From the NCBI RefSeq assembly GCF_964194025.1, contig NC_134472.1, forward strand, positions 63,922,001 to 63,986,000: a DNA stretch of 64,000 bases. The letters run 5' to 3'. Shown here piece after piece: positions 25,080 through 39,445 of this stretch (positions are counted from its first letter, which is position 1; each line of letters begins with the position of its first letter). Both the position numbers and the translations under genes were made by a program. Under the pieces are notes generated by a model. That model saw only the letters and a list, made by a program, of their open reading frames with translations. It did not search any database and was not told the DNA's origin. This DNA is from Convolutriloba macropyga. Taxonomy: Eukaryota.

Positions 25080-26760
25080 GCCAGCCAAAATCATTGAGAC
25101 AGACCCCCTGATTAAATGTAGACAATGATTGCGATAATCTATTGTAAGATACTGATAGTCCGTCCCTTCGAAAACCAATTCCGACTGTTAGTCGATAGGG
25201 CCAAATTCTTGAGAATCTTTTTCAGAATAAACGACAAAACCCCCAAATTAGCGTTATGAGTTTTGAAGTTCCGCTCCTCAGCTATTTTGGTGGTCACTCC
25301 TGCCTGCCATCGCTGCCGCACTGAAAACTCTTGTTGACTGCAGCTATGACGTAATCGTAACGTCAAAAGCAGCTGGTTTGTCGGCTGTCCAGGATGGAAT
25401 GAAATTTTTACCTGGTCTTATTTCGCTTTCGGGAATCAAGTTTTCCTTCTCTAGGATTGGTGAAAGATTTGCAAACGAGAAAGCTGCAGCAAGACGATCT
25501 CTGATCCAATGATGTCTTGCAATTCCGTCTTTTTGACTGCATCAAGCGACAGCATGGTTGCCGTACAAATCTAATGTTCTAGTTTTGCAATATGGGCATT
25601 TTCGTAACAATCACAAACCAGAATGCCTAAACGGCATTTCTAACTTAACCCATATTCATTCGGTTGCAAAAGAAGGCCTAGTGAGGGAACAGGTGTTGCC
25701 GCAAGCCATGCTCCTTCTTGGGAAGTGACAGCGACAAAAACGGGTTTTTTCTCTGTCGTGCGTTTGACTGAATAACAAATCCTTGATTATCTTTGCATTT
25801 TTAGTTTCTTGAGATAAATTTTTTGTATAATTTTTAATGACAAGATGCGAGATGCTTGAAATAAGATCAAGGTAAACTTCTGGCAATTGGACATCTGCAT
25901 TTTGAGAAGCTACTGAGGAAACTGATCTTATACAGTCAACACAAGCTGCTTTGACTTCATCCGTAGGTCCCATTACAACTATTCACGACTGAATGACAGG
26001 CAAATTTGCTAGAAGCCACGCATCTTCTGGCAATGTTGAACACACAATGTTTTCAAGGATATCCCTTTGCAGGTTACCAAAGGATCCTAAGATCTCCAAA
26101 ACTTTATAAGAAGGAGTTTTGCACCTTAGCGGATAAACAATTTTCACAGAACCAAGACATTGACGCAGAATCGCAAACAGCTAAAGCGCATTGAAGATCA
26201 TCCATGTGATCAAGGCCTTCCAACAATACTGCTATTTTCTCGACTCGTTTTTGCAAACATGAGGCATGATGCATTATAATCGCGAGTGCCAACCGCAGTA
26301 CCAAGTATTTCAAGTCCCTGCGGTTTGCTCCGCAGGATAGATTTATCTAATTCCAGAAGTTCGAGGGGTGACCACAATTCACATTTGTCTTTGTGTAAAG
26401 TTAGTCCTGTTTTGGGCCTCCCCTACATAGAAATTGCGACCTTCGATTTAATTGAATTCCGGTCCCAGCTTCAACGCTGTTATCGACATACCAAGTATTT
26501 TGCTACTGTTTAGGCATCTTTTTGTTGATTGATTGCATAATTGGTCAAAAAATTTATTGCAAATAAAGGTCCTTATTAGTCACCTTGCTGTACTCCAGTG
26601 CAACTAGTGATGATTTTATCACCAAAAAATAATTGGCTGTGCCTTGCGTAACAAAAAAACTAAAAGCCGCTATTCCTGTCATGAATGCATTCAGAAGAAA
26701 GCTCCTTTTGCATTCAGTTTTTAAATTTTTTTCCCTCATGTCAACCCGAAGTTATTCACT
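25080..26760 (-). mobile_element. Decayed CRE-clade non-LTR retrotransposon (RT, CCHC knuckle, restriction-like endonuclease)
   Basis: Frameshifted motifs in the expected order on the minus strand: GVQQGD (~26590), WYVDN (~26485, for WYLDD), GLTLHKDKCELW, LEILGTAVG, EGAWLAATPVPSLGL (~25700), CPYC..DLYGNHAV..C..ARHHWIRD, AAFDVT, RLSQSL..SMILA. Confidence 0.8.
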
Positions 26761-27339
26761 TCCGGAACCAAATGATCGCTAGTTGTTCTAGAGCAATTGA
26801 TCGCACGTTAGTGAGATATGTTTAAGAATAGGTAAAATCGTTGCTATTCGCATCAAATTTAAATTTGGCATGTCATGAATTAGATTTCAAAACGACAAAA
26901 CTACACAATTGCTCTCGATTGTTTTACTGACTTGTTTGTGTTTTTCAACCACCTTGAAGTTTATTTACCTTGAAGTTAAGCAAAACCAACCACAAACAGG
27001 TTTGTGAAGGTTTTTCAATGGTAGGGCCGGAGGAATTCATGAGCGGAGAAAGTCTTCTACAAAACAGATTGTGTAAAATGAATATCGGTTACAATTCGAT
27101 ATCAGTTACTTTGATCTGATATTTGTGATTGACTTCTTAATAGTTCAAAAAAAGGTTAAAAAAAGTGGGTCGTTTCATTCCTATAAGTCAATTTGTCAAT
27201 CCAGCAACTTCTGTCTCTTGTGAGCGAACTTCTTTCCAGCAAATTTTTTCAACATTCCAAAAGATAGAAAACATTATGACTTCCACTGAAATAAAGCATC
27301 CGAAATAAGAAAAGAGAACAAAATCAACGTTTCAGAGGC

Positions 27340-29100
27340 GTCCGCCTCAGGGACATTACCTGGGCAAAGTTTTCTGTTTTAACTTGGCCGTGAATTGTCT
27401 TCAGAAAAACAGCGGTTTGGTTTTTAGTAGGAACATATTTTAACTCAACATGTTCTTTTCATATAAGTAACGTTAATGGCGAAGTTTAATGATGAATTGT
27501 TTGGACTTGCTATTGTAAGGTGTTTGTCTACTGAAAACAATACAAGTTTGATTTTCAACAAGAAATACAAGGGTAGCAGAAAAATTATATTTTATTTGAG
27601 ATAAAAACCTTTGAGATACATTATGTCCAGTGCAGCAGACCCACACGCATATACATTGCCTTCAGCTGTTGTCGCTGCAATTTTAGTTTATATTTTACTC
27701 GACAAATTCATAACACTAGAATTTTTGCCCATTTGAAAACAAAAGGCCCTAGCGCTTGACGATTGAAGATTACAACCTCACTCAGAGTCACTGTATGCAA
27801 TCAGTTTAGTGCCATTCTCCGTGGCTTTCCTGAAAGTCAACTTACCTTGTTAAGGTCCTTTTCAAGAACATAGTACATGTTTCACTGCTATCAAATGTTT
27901 TATCTTTGCAACTCCGAAAAGAACTTAAGCTATAAAACTTAAATAGCTTTTGCAACTTTTGGTCCAGAGGGCAAGAACAGATATTTCAAACTTGCAGTGA
28001 GACAACGGTATGTGGTCTGTCGACAAATGAAACTTTATTTTGAGCAAAATTTGTATACTTTTGTTTTTCGGCCAGCGATGTGGAAACCGATTTAACAGAA
28101 TTGCCGTAAATGCCAAATTTCAGTAACAGTTCTGTCAATAAGTTTTTTCAAACTGATTGATGCCTAATTCTTATGAAACTCTAAATTCATGTCCAAAAAC
28201 CAATTGAATTTCGAACCTTCGCTTACAACAAAATTACTAGACAATTCCAGTTCCAACCAGGAATAAAAACTTGCGGCCGAATGGAATTTTAATTCGTCAA
28301 CCCAGACACGCGTTTAGGCTATTAAGTTGCTTTATATTGACGTACTAACAAGGACACTGTATACATGCTCTAGATCTGATTTGCTGCAAATGGTTTTTCA
28401 GTTTAATGTACCAATTTCAAGCCGATCGTTTCAAACCACAACTGCTTTTGCTCCACTTCAATCGAAATGCTTATATCATTCGGTTTAAAGTATGTATAGA
28501 TTTTCATCGATGAATGCAAAAAAAGGCTGTTTTGCTGTTTTAATGTCCATTCGTTTTGTCCTCCCGCAACTTGTAGTGGTTTGTTAGATGACGCGGATGG
28601 CGCTCACCTTTGTTGTGGGTGACTAGGTTTCCTTGATGCAAACCGCCTACTGTTGACTGTAGCCTTGGCTATAAAAAAGCTTTTCTTTCGAAAATATTTT
28701 TAGTGCTCTCATGTTTGTTTGCGAAATGTAATCTGGTTCAATTAGATTTGACATCAATTGATTGAATATTTGAAAAACTGCGACACATTTTTTATAAGGA
28801 AAACGAATTCATTGTGTATTGCATCACACCAAGCAGGACAAAACAAAGCTTTAGATACGTTTTTGGACAATTTAATACCATCAGAAACCACTTTCATGTT
28901 CAGCGGAACACTCACAGCTATTTTCCTGTGGTTAAAGCGAGGTCATCTCCTGACCTTAAGAGCTAGTTCTTGTAATGATTCCTCGCCTAAATTAAAGCCT
29001 ACATTACGCGTTTCAGTAATATTTAAGTTATATTTTTTGAAAAAGCCAAGAACAACGTCATGCAACTGTACCTGGCTGATTGCCAGATTATCGCCGCTAT
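27340..29100 (-). mobile_element. Decayed Ty1/copia LTR retrotransposon, RT-RNaseH region
   Basis: Minus-strand remnants: QGYSQ..ET*SP (~28640), MDIKTA (~28545), VWVDEL (~28300, for YVDD), WFLDM, AYSDSE (~27790), SKSKQFII, VELKYVPTKNQ (~27435); purine-rich PPT-like tgaggcgga near 27345. Confidence 0.8.
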
Positions 29101-30879
29101 AGCATTGTAATGTGCAGTCACAAAAAGTAAAAAACAGAATTAACTTCTTTCATTAAACGCTGACATGTTTGACAGGTTATATTTTGATAGGGAGTCTGGA
29201 AAATTTTTTGCTCCTTCTATTAGCTGCTCAAAGAAAACCTGTGATATGAATGACAATCACACACACTTGACCTTAACACATTAAAAAAGTAAAGAAAAAT
29301 CTTTTTTAGAAAGAGGACGTCCGTCATTTTTGAGAGTGAGGAGAATCACGTGTGCCAACACCTTATCACCCGAATGAACAAAAAACTCGCTCTACCTAGA
29401 CAAATATGACGTCGCTCACGCAATTCACTTAAAGTTGCGTGAACAAATTGACTAAAATAGATATTTGAAAAGATTTCGATATGATAGGGTCGTAACAAAA
29501 AACTTGACAATGAAATAAAAAAACTTTCATTGAGTGAAAAGAGTCTACATCTGAAATGGGCAATAAAACAATTGGGAGAACCATTTAGAAAATCAGAAAG
29601 GAAATAGGAAAAACAGTAAAAGTCAATGTCACTTTCTCGCTTGCAGACAAAAAAAAACCAGCAGCGCGAATTTGAATTGCTTCTCAAAAACCGTTTTCTT
29701 ACTCTACTTCGAAATAAGAGCAAAAAAATCACGCCTCAGGAAACGAGTCGCCTTTTTTGCTCCAATTCATGTTTCGGTATAATCAAAATTACTATTCCAA
29801 TCTGAATTCAAAAATGAAATTGTAAGAACAGATCCTTAAAAAATGCCAAACCTATAGTTAGCATTGACCGCTTCTTCATTTTTTTAATTGACTGAAGCTT
29901 ACTTTTTTTGTTCGCGTTTTGTCTAAAGTTATATTCATTATGCCAATGAAATATTGATTTTAATTCTATGAGATTGAATTTACCTATTTTTTTTTGTATT
30001 TGCTTGATCATTTTAACAATCTGTTCTCCAGGATCCAAATATCAGCTAGTGAAAAGAAAAGCACCGAGGGATTTTTGTTAAAAATAATTAGAAGACAATT
30101 TTTATCTATACATTTAAAAGTCAAACAGCACTGAGTAAATTGTTTTAAAAACAAAGGAAAAACAGCAGTTTTTTAAATAAAATAATCAAAAATTCGAATT
30201 ATATCTATAAATTAGAACATCACTCAGTGATTTGCATTAAAATAATCTGCATATAATTATAAAATGTCTCTTTTTTGATGCTTCGATTAGCGTTTGGTGC
30301 CATTAAAATGATCGCCATTGAGTCAAATTCACTTGCAGATGAGCTAATTTGAGGTAAATGTAAGGGTGTGTTAGCTTATTCATTTTTCACTCTTTGATCT
30401 AAATGTTACAATTGTGGACAATGCTTACAAATTTCCGTAAATGACTTTGAAATTTTTGAATTAATTAATGGCAGCCAGCCAAATTCTGAGCGAAGCATTA
30501 AATTAAAAATGAAAAAGCATGCTCAAAGTTGCGGACATTGATGACGATGCCCCTGCTCACAAAATGGGAACACTGATGACAAAAAGTGATTTTTTGAGAT
30601 CAGTGACCGAAATTTGTCAGGATTATCTGCAACCCTTATTGTCATTGGTGTCCACAATTTTACTATATTCCCTCTACGAGGTAAGTGGTGACAAAATGTG
30701 GTCACTACTTTTTGCAAACGCGGTAAGTGCTGAGGTGTAGGATCGGCGACGTAATAACAGCGCCCAAAGGAATTCAAATTCGTTGAACGGTAAAAAACCA
30801 AAAGAGCACCAATAATAGCCTCAGCTATTACTTTGCGACTATTAAAAAGCTGCAATTAGAACACAGCACTAAAATAGTA

Positions 30880-33400
30880 TCTCTGATGCAGGCCCAGATT
30901 TTGCCGATTTCTCCGTTTGCAAGAGTCACTGATGATGGTCTGATAGTTACAAAGTCCAGCAGTTTTAAAAATTGTCCAGCAGTCACCCTCGACAAAAAGG
31001 AATAATTAACGCAACTGAGCCAGTCTGGTAGCTGCAATTTATAACGATTCTCAATTTTTTGCCAGAAACTTAAAACTGGGCAACCATACCAAGCCAATCA
31101 AAAACAAATTTAGGGCAAAATAACAACTGGATTTCTCAGGGCCCTTAACTCTCGAAGAACTTGAGAACATATTCCATTTTTTAGGAACCGACTCTTGGTC
31201 AAAAATTCATTGAACGTTTCTTACAAACTCCACATGCAGGAGAAGAATGTTAAGGCCTCTAAATCACTAACAATCACGAATGCTTATCTAGGTCTGTCTC
31301 GTCTTCAGTGAGTTCTCTTATGTCGTTACATCTCATAGCTCACATTCTTATTCTCAAAAGCAGCTTCCCAATCATTGCACGCTCTAGCGAGACGATCAAA
31401 ACTTGCGTTCAACTTTGTTATATTGTTGCTATGGAGGATCTAAGAAGAGTTACATAGGGGCTTTGTTCCTCTATATTCTTTGCTTTTAGTCTGTCATCAC
31501 TGTAGACCGGAAGACTTTTCCCCTAACGCTCAGTACACTCCTGGTGAGCAGTGCCTGCCTGTACGAAGCAAATCTGCTTCGTGCAATCAATTGTTCTCTC
31601 TGGCAATTTTTCATTAAAATGTCATTCAAAAGGACGTTTTCCTTAAAATTGAGTTTATTAGAATCGTATGCCACCTCAAATATTCCCAATTAAATCTTTT
31701 CAATATTTTTGTCCTTACTCAATTGTTTTTGCATTCTCCACTCAATGATTAGATTAAGTGGTTGTCGGGAACCGCCAAACAGTTTCGATCGCTTCATGAA
31801 AAAGTATTTCTCTCTCACCGGGGTAAATCCTTTACCCACGCCCGCTACAGTCTACAGACACAATTAGTATTTACCCCTTACGATTAAAACTCAACAACCT
31901 TCCCCTCAAGACCCAGCTCATTCAAACAAGCTTCAACTGCAGGCTCATTGAAAGAACCGTTGATAAGAGTCCGAGTTCATCTTCCCCATTGACCTCACAG
32001 ATTATTTACACAACGTACTATCATTAAATACCATAGCGCTCAACCCCCAAAACAGCTATTCGAATCACCACTATCTCGAGTCGAGTAATTAAGTCAGTTC
32101 CTTATGCAGCACACCAGTTGCTATCGTTGAGTTCTAACCTGCCATTTACAATTAGCTCTTCATATGTGACACAGGGATACAAGTTCTCATAATCGCATTC
32201 CTTGTTGTGACAAGAACTGACAACCCAGTCTACAGGACAACCAAGGTGTTCGAATTATGAGGAATGGTTTTTCCTCCTTTGTTCGGCCTTCATTTCATTG
32301 CCCACACAGACCGCGTACCTCAGTTCGAATTCCGTGACCAAGCCCCATTTGTACCGGTACAACAACTTTTGCATCGCCCGTCTAGATAAAACTTCAGCTA
32401 CGACCAATTTACGAACCCTCTCTAATACAGGACACCGAATTCACTTCCCTAAACGTGTAAAACTACTTTGCGCTCGCACCAGATCATCCTCTTAAGCAAG
32501 TCCCAGTGCATTGCAGCACCGGTCAATTAGAAAACGAATACATCGAGGAAAAGGAGCGATTTCACATTGGGGTGTTTCCAATTTCCTATCAATCCAAAGT
32601 TTACGGTAATATTTCGCTACTCGTCCGAATATTTTTTTGCCCTTGCAGACAGAGCTAACGACTACTTTAATATTGTTCACTAGGGACACAATTATGAAGT
32701 GTATCGAAAATGTCATTTTTTGCAATTCACATTCTCTTATTTAACACACATGGTTGTAAACATCCAGACAGACTTGGTGAACATCAAAATTCAGCCTCCA
32801 ATGCATTTTCTTTATAGCTGATCAAAACTATTCAAATTGGGCAAATTCCCTGCCTCATGTTTGTTCAATCCTCAAGTACGTGAACACAAGAATAACATTA
32901 CCCTATTAAATGAACTATTCATATATTTCTGAACCGCATTATTGCTAAGGTACTTTGAGAAACTTTGATCCCATTCGGAATTAATTTATCTGTAAACACC
33001 TAATTGCGGGAAAACATCGACCTATAATCATCCCAACCAAGTTATTGAGTTGTATCGAGGTCGGAACTACTATATGTATGTACGGCCATTCATTTAATTT
33101 ATGGTACCAAGTATAGACCTCGAACGTTCTAGCGCATCACTCCCCAAACGCACAGAAAAGAATCTAACTCAGCTCATGACAATGGCTCCTCATTGCCAAG
33201 CTGAAGTTTATCTCGCAGCTCTTTCCGTTTTTCTCGCCCGTGAAACAGCAAACGATGAGGAATTCCAGCACCGTAATTAGAGACACAACTCTCACAGCCT
33301 GAAACTTGCCTCCCCGGCTTTTCCAAAAATTATCAAGCTTTTTCCCTCTGCCACAAATTAGAATTATTTTGCTTATTATCAGTTTAAATTTCTCCTTCAA
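30880..33400 (-). mobile_element. Highly decayed L1/Tx1-like LINE ORF2 fragment
   Basis: Minus-strand remnants in the expected order: GEKN (~33235), SAIKKM..SPSLSG (~32790), EHLGCPVDWV, TLINGSF, KRSKLFG..LGI, and a C-terminal CPVLSFWQKIE..IW..R zinc-knuckle tail in ORF 30828..31097. Confidence 0.6.
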
Positions 33401-33449
33401 TAATGTTTCTTTAATTTTATTTTTTCTTGCTATGGTCGCGATAAATATC

Positions 33450-36400
33450 TCTTAGTAGCTTTGATAGCTATTTTAACTATTTATAGTATAAATAGGTCAC
33501 GGCAGCTAAATAGAAAACAATCCAGAAGGTAAGCTGGTAAACCAACAGGACAAAGTAAACACAATAAAGCGTTCTCATCTGCGACACAGCTCTCCAATTG
33601 TCAAAAAAGTCTTTCTAAGAACTCTGTCAATAGGAGACATCTGACACCTACATGACTTAACACGCCAGGAAACCCTGTAACTGTCCACTGCGTTGACAGT
33701 ATACTCACCACGACGTCGCAATCTTCACTTTAAAGAATTCACAATAATTTCTGGCTGCAAACTATATCTCAAGTCAAAAATCTTTACTCTGGACTGCTAG
33801 CAGATAAGTATCAATTGTGTGTTCTCAATCAAAAGCAGACTGGGACGGCTCTATTTTCATTTATATGACCCATGCTTCTTTTATTTAGTCAGCCTACCAA
33901 TTATTCATATACCATGTGTACAGCTTTGACTGCGGCGACATTTATTACCGTTACAATTGAAGCCCACCTTCAGCGTTTTACTGAGCAGAAATAAGTAGCC
34001 CTCTCTTTAAGCTGCTCAGAATGTAAATATCTCATAGAACTGGCTGTTATTTATTTAAAAAAATCATAGGTTGACTTATTGAGATATGTTGCTTGCACAT
34101 TCAAATGAGTTTCTTAGTTTCCTTCAATTTTTCTGTAGAATTTGAATGATTCAATCGAACTTACCGATCCCTCTAACAATAGCCGACGAATACCGAAATT
34201 CGCAAATCCTACCGTTTAAATTATCAGAAAGACTAATTGGCATACACACTCATTATTTTTCATTTGCTAAAATGTCTTTTAGCAATCGCAGAGCATTTTC
34301 CTTCCGAATCTCAGATTGCCAGAAAAGTCTGGAAAAAATAGTGAAATTTCAATAACCAATTTATATGAACAATGAGCGAATATGAGCGTAGCTTGTTCTC
34401 CTTTTACACAACAAATTAGCAGATATTAATTTGCGAATAAGCTAAGCGGAAGCGGTTAAAATAAGCTACGTGTAAAAGAAGCAAGCACTTTTTGCAAGAG
34501 GAAACGAGACAACTATAAAAACGATTTATTTGCAATTAAATTACAGCATAGAAATAATTGTCCTTTCAAAATTTAGCAGAGCAATTATGTATTTGAGTCA
34601 ATTGGGACTGAGAGAGGAGGCCGATTGATGTAAGAAGAGTTATTTATAAGAGAACTTCAAAGTTAAAATTATCCACTCAACCAAAAGTGACAAATGAACA
34701 CCTGCTGCAGTGGAAGGAGGAAAGGGGAGACCGAATAGGCGGAATGGGAGTAGACTGCAGGTGGATTATTGATAAGAACTTTCTTTACGACAGTCCATAA
34801 CATAAAAAAAAACTTTGTCTGATGATTTTAAAATTTAAAAGAGATGGCACAAAAATTCTTACTCGCACATTATAACGTGGCAGACTAATTGTGAATTAAT
34901 TAAGCTGATTATGGGTCAATTATTCTGTTGTCTGATTATATTGAGGTTAATTTGAACACAAGCGAAAGTTAATCGCAATCAGGTTCTGAGAATCAATTTG
35001 GTGTGGATATTTTAGGGGACCTTTACTTGTTGCGGTGTGCTATTAAACTGATGCGGGCAGTGGTCCCTAGTAGTGACGTACAATTAAGCTCATATATGCG
35101 GGCCGAAAGCAACAATAGTAAAGATAAATTTTTTATCTCGCTTTAAATTATTTCAGCGATAAAAATTGAATCTGGTTTTCACTCGATTGTAATGATTGAT
35201 AGAAAAATTGTTGCTCTCAGCGCCAATGTTGTACGTGAACGAGACTAGAATCTGTTCCGAATGGTGTTTGATTGATAACTGAAAGAACATCTAGTGAGTT
35301 AGTCTTGAGAGTGGGAACTAAATAATCGAAAGAGGATTAATTGTCACTCTATAGGAAGAAGGCGAGGTGTGCGATGCAAACTTAAGAATAAACTATCTCA
35401 AAACATAAACAAAAAACATTTGCAATTCCACTTCAAGAAGAGGTATATTCTCCTATTTAGCAATAACGGAATTTATTTGAATCTGTTTAGTTTAACATTC
35501 ACATATCTGCCCTTCTCTACAACTGACGAATATACATTAGCGTGTAAAATTAACTCAAATCACCTTTCAACTTTCCTGGTATCATTTTCTTTCTTACCAT
35601 CTTTCGATAAAGTAGACCAACTCACAGTGTGTTATTGATATTTGTGCAAATTAGTGAGCTGTGATCAATCCGAATGAGAATGGAACAAAAACTGCTTCAG
35701 TCTATTGACAACACAAAAGTGTTTGTGATGTTGCAACATGGAGAGAGAGTGAGAGAGAGGGAGTGGGAGAGAGCGTGAAGCTGTCTCTAGAATAGCACCT
35801 TCTATTGGGAATCTATCTGACTCATACCACAATTGCTATCAAAACTTCAAGAATTTTTCTTATTTTTAAGGACCTTGCTTATAATCCCAACACATTAGAA
35901 AGTTGAACTAAATTGGTTCTAAGAGTGCCATTTTCGTCAAAATGTGAAAGGCTGTCCTGCGAAAGAATGAATACATACTGGTTGTTGTGATATCTTTGTT
36001 GCAAGATTCTTAAATGTGTTTTAACTAGGAACCCCAATTAGGCATAACCGTTCTTAATGCATAACCCACTTAGTAATGCTAACCTCAAACTAGTACCGTG
36101 CTGTAATACAATTAACATTTTGTTATAATTATATCCTCGACGTACCTGTGACACAAGTCTTTACGGCCTTCTTAATTAAGCCAACGCGAGATCTGCATCA
36201 GCCTTTTTCTTGGCTAATTGTTGCAGATTAAATAGCTGCATAAGGGTTACTCTTGATCGTCTACGAAGTCAATTTGAGAGTTGGGATTAAAACTCTGGCA
36301 TGTTCTTCACTACGGCAGAGCCTCTGTGATTCAATTTAGGCGACGTTGCATTTAAAGTGGGTGAAACTAAATGAATCTGTACACTACTGCAGTTTGGGAG

Positions 36401-37914
36401 AATGGGGAAAGACAAGAGGAGTAAAAGAACAGGTGCTGAGAATGGATATGGCTTAGAAAGGAGGAAGTCAGTCAACTAATTAACTAATCAATCCATTAAC
36501 TAACTAGTTAATAAATTAGTTAACTGTCCTCGCATGGTGAGCGTTTGTGTGAGAGAATATTCAGAGAGAGTACAGTAAAATACGGCGACAATACAATACA
36601 TATTTGAGAGGGGGAGGGGGGCAAAGGGAGCTAATCAAATCAAATCAAATTCAATCATTAAATTCATTTATGATATCATCGCAAATCAATAATCACTTGT
36701 AATCAATAATCTAATACACTGCTTCATATCTATGTATGCATATTCATGTATGAAAAATAACGCAAATTCGATCTAAATGGGACTTCATTAATTTACAACC
36801 AAACCAATACAATCACAGAAATAGTACATTTATATAGATCACATTATAAGTATCAGGCGTTACCAATAAGCGGATAAAATTTGGGAACATCACTCTTAAT
36901 CGCTCTATGTAGTGCGAAAGGGTGCACAAATGGAGGGAGGTGGTGGATGTAAAGGTCGACTATTCTATACGGCACAATTCTTTCAGTTTGACTGAAGTTA
37001 AAATGGACATAAAACGGGGCGAGTTTTTAACAAGATAAGATTGAAACGGCAAGACCAAATCGTAGATCACTACCAATCAATGTTTGACCATAATCATTGC
37101 TCTTGTATACAACACTAGCATCCTATCCCAGTTTTTGGTTTTCAGGAAACAAAATCAAAAGCCGTTCCAACAAAGAATCTTAGCAGCACAGAAGGGAGGC
37201 CTTTTGTTCACAAAAGGGACTGAGAAGTGTAATTGCTGAATCATGGTGGCGTGAGCAGTCTACTTCTGTATACACAATCTTTTCAAGAATAACAAACTGG
37301 GAGATATTCACTACAAATAGGATGCAAGTTGGTACCAAAATACACAACAAGACGTTAACCCACAAATTGGAACAAACAGCCGCAGCACCACCAACAGATA
37401 GAAGAGAAAGAAACATCTCATAACCCGCCACACACACACATCAATACAACATAATGTCTCTTTCCATATATACTGAAATATCTGATCTATTCGCAAAATC
37501 AATAACTAGAATATAACGGCCAGGCCAGATTTACAAAACAATGGCGACTGAAGTTTCAAAAGACATCAATGTTTGTGTTGAACAAACTGAAAAAGTAAAG
37601 AAAAATAGTCGACTTCTCAAATAGGAAAATGCTTCTGAGATTTTCCTCATCTTTGATATTTTGATGGAATTCATGGAAGGACTGCGACTGTTAACAGAAT
37701 CTCGCAACAAGGACACGTTGAGGAGGATTGACGTCTTGTGTCTACGTAGAGAAGCGATGCGGCTGCTCGAAGTATTCGAAGCTGAGGTCATTCTAGGTGG
37801 TCTGAGTTGATTGATGGTTTTGGTGGTTCACAAAATTGACAAAGAGAAAGGATAATAAATTTGAGATGAGGAGACTAGAATGATTTGAGAGTGAAGTGAT
37901 GTTATCTGCTGTCG
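33450..37914 (-). other. Probable long 3' UTR / downstream region of MARK
   Basis: Follows the MARK stop; no HINE or MITE copies recognised over ~4.5 kb. First minus-strand AATAAA seen at 35472-35477, with others near 34526, 33882 and 33417. Confidence 0.45.
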
Positions 37915-38028
37915 TCAGAGTTTAAGCTCGTTGGCAATTTTGGAGGCAATCTGTTTAAAACCGATTGAGGTACCCGAAATGCGTTTAAATCGGACACCGT
38001 TCAGAGACAGCCGAGGGAGTTTACACAC
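37915..38028 (-). CDS. MARK: MARK/Par-1 kinase, terminal exon ([37 protein letters not shown]), end of KA1 domain
   Basis: Near-identical to the canonical MARK C-terminus including the ELKL motif; acceptor tattctag|GTG, phase 0; TGA at 37915-37917. Not in the ORF track. Confidence 0.97.
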   Translation of the reverse strand: MCKLPRLSLNGVRFKRISGTSIGFKQIASKIANELKL

Positions 38029-39445
38029 CTAGAATATACGCATGCGTCACAGGAGTCGAAGGAAAACAAAACATCAATGAACAACTTAAGAAGCTGTTCA
38101 TAAACACAAACCGACAAACGTCGAATGAATTGCTCTCGAAGGACAGGCGAGGGGCAATTTAACTGAGGGGTGTAGCTTAGGATTTTTATGGAGGCAAAAA
38201 ATGCGACCTCCTTTTGCGTGTCAAAGCATCGAAACCACTCACTTTTGATGATAAACCTGTACTGATAAACACTTAAACGTAATGATACCATCAACATAGC
38301 CAGCAGATTGCCGGAAAAGAGCCGATTACTGCTATTAGAATTAAAACAAGGAGAGAAAGGGAAACTCTTAGATGTCACTGAAAGCGTTTTATTGACAAGA
38401 GAAGCAATAATTATCAACAAGGAGGCTCAGTAATGTGCGCTCTCACATAAATTTCCGATCCCGCTCATCCACATTTTTGGCATAAATGTCTACCAAATGA
38501 GGAACAGATAGAAAACCCCCAAAAATTCCCAAGTATTTTTCAAAAAATGTGAATGATTAATTTGATTGCCTCCAACGTAAATAACTCAGTGGAGTAAAAA
38601 ATGCGACATTAGATTGATGAGATCAGCCATTATTACGAAAGTAAGTCAAGACGAACAAAAAAATTAGTAAAAATAGCGTCAGATAAAACTGAAAATAAAC
38701 AAAAAAACTTAAAAACTTGTACATCACTAAAAAAGATATAGGACCACTCCATAATAAGGCGGGGTAACAATTAGACAAAAAGAAAAAAAAACAGCAAAGT
38801 TAAAAAAAATTAATCAAAGTATGTTCAGTTAAGCCTTCCTCATTCGCCAACGCCAATAATGTGGTATGCGACCTCCCATTAATGAGAATAGGTAAAAAAG
38901 AGAAAAAACAGCAAAATGAAGTAAAATTTCTGAATCTTTCGAAAACATTTTTTTTCAAAGTCATGAAAGCCATCAGCTAAGAAATAAAAAAAATAGGTTT
39001 GTTTATTCGTCCAAAGGAAGCACTTGAGACCTGTAATTAATCAGAATACGTCTACAAAAAGAACGTCAAATATAGACAAAAATCAAAAATTAGTTTACTT
39101 TTGCGATAAACCCGTCGAAGCCAGTAAATAAATAACGACTTCTTTAAAAACATTAAATTTTGTACCTTTGCGCCCTACCTCGACCACAAAAATGACATTT
39201 GTGACCTGTAATTAACACGACTAGGTAACAAAAAGACAAAAAAATCCGAAGTAAAAGTATTTTTTAATTTTTGAAATCAATTATTTTCAACAAGTCATGA
39301 AAAAGCCATCAGCTATCTAGTCAAATTTTTGTGTTCGTTCTAACGTTTTTTCCGCATTGTTTGGCATGTAAGGAGAAGATATCTCACCTTGTTGCACAAA
39401 CTTCTTACAGACGTTCTGAAACTTAATCTGATATTGCTCTATGAA

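Noticed and set aside
27846-27884. Apparent 39-nt 5' exon for the coiled-coil gene (cag|...AAG|GTAAGT; MFLKRTLT or MYYVLEKDLNK)
   Set aside because: It lies inside the decayed copia RT, where another frame matches the KHVL..LKGT motif; the splice-like signals are probably chance.
33487-33535. TATAAATA followed by AAG|GTAAGC on + (antisense promoter and first exon)
   Set aside because: Short motifs expected by chance in AT-rich DNA; no downstream exons found.
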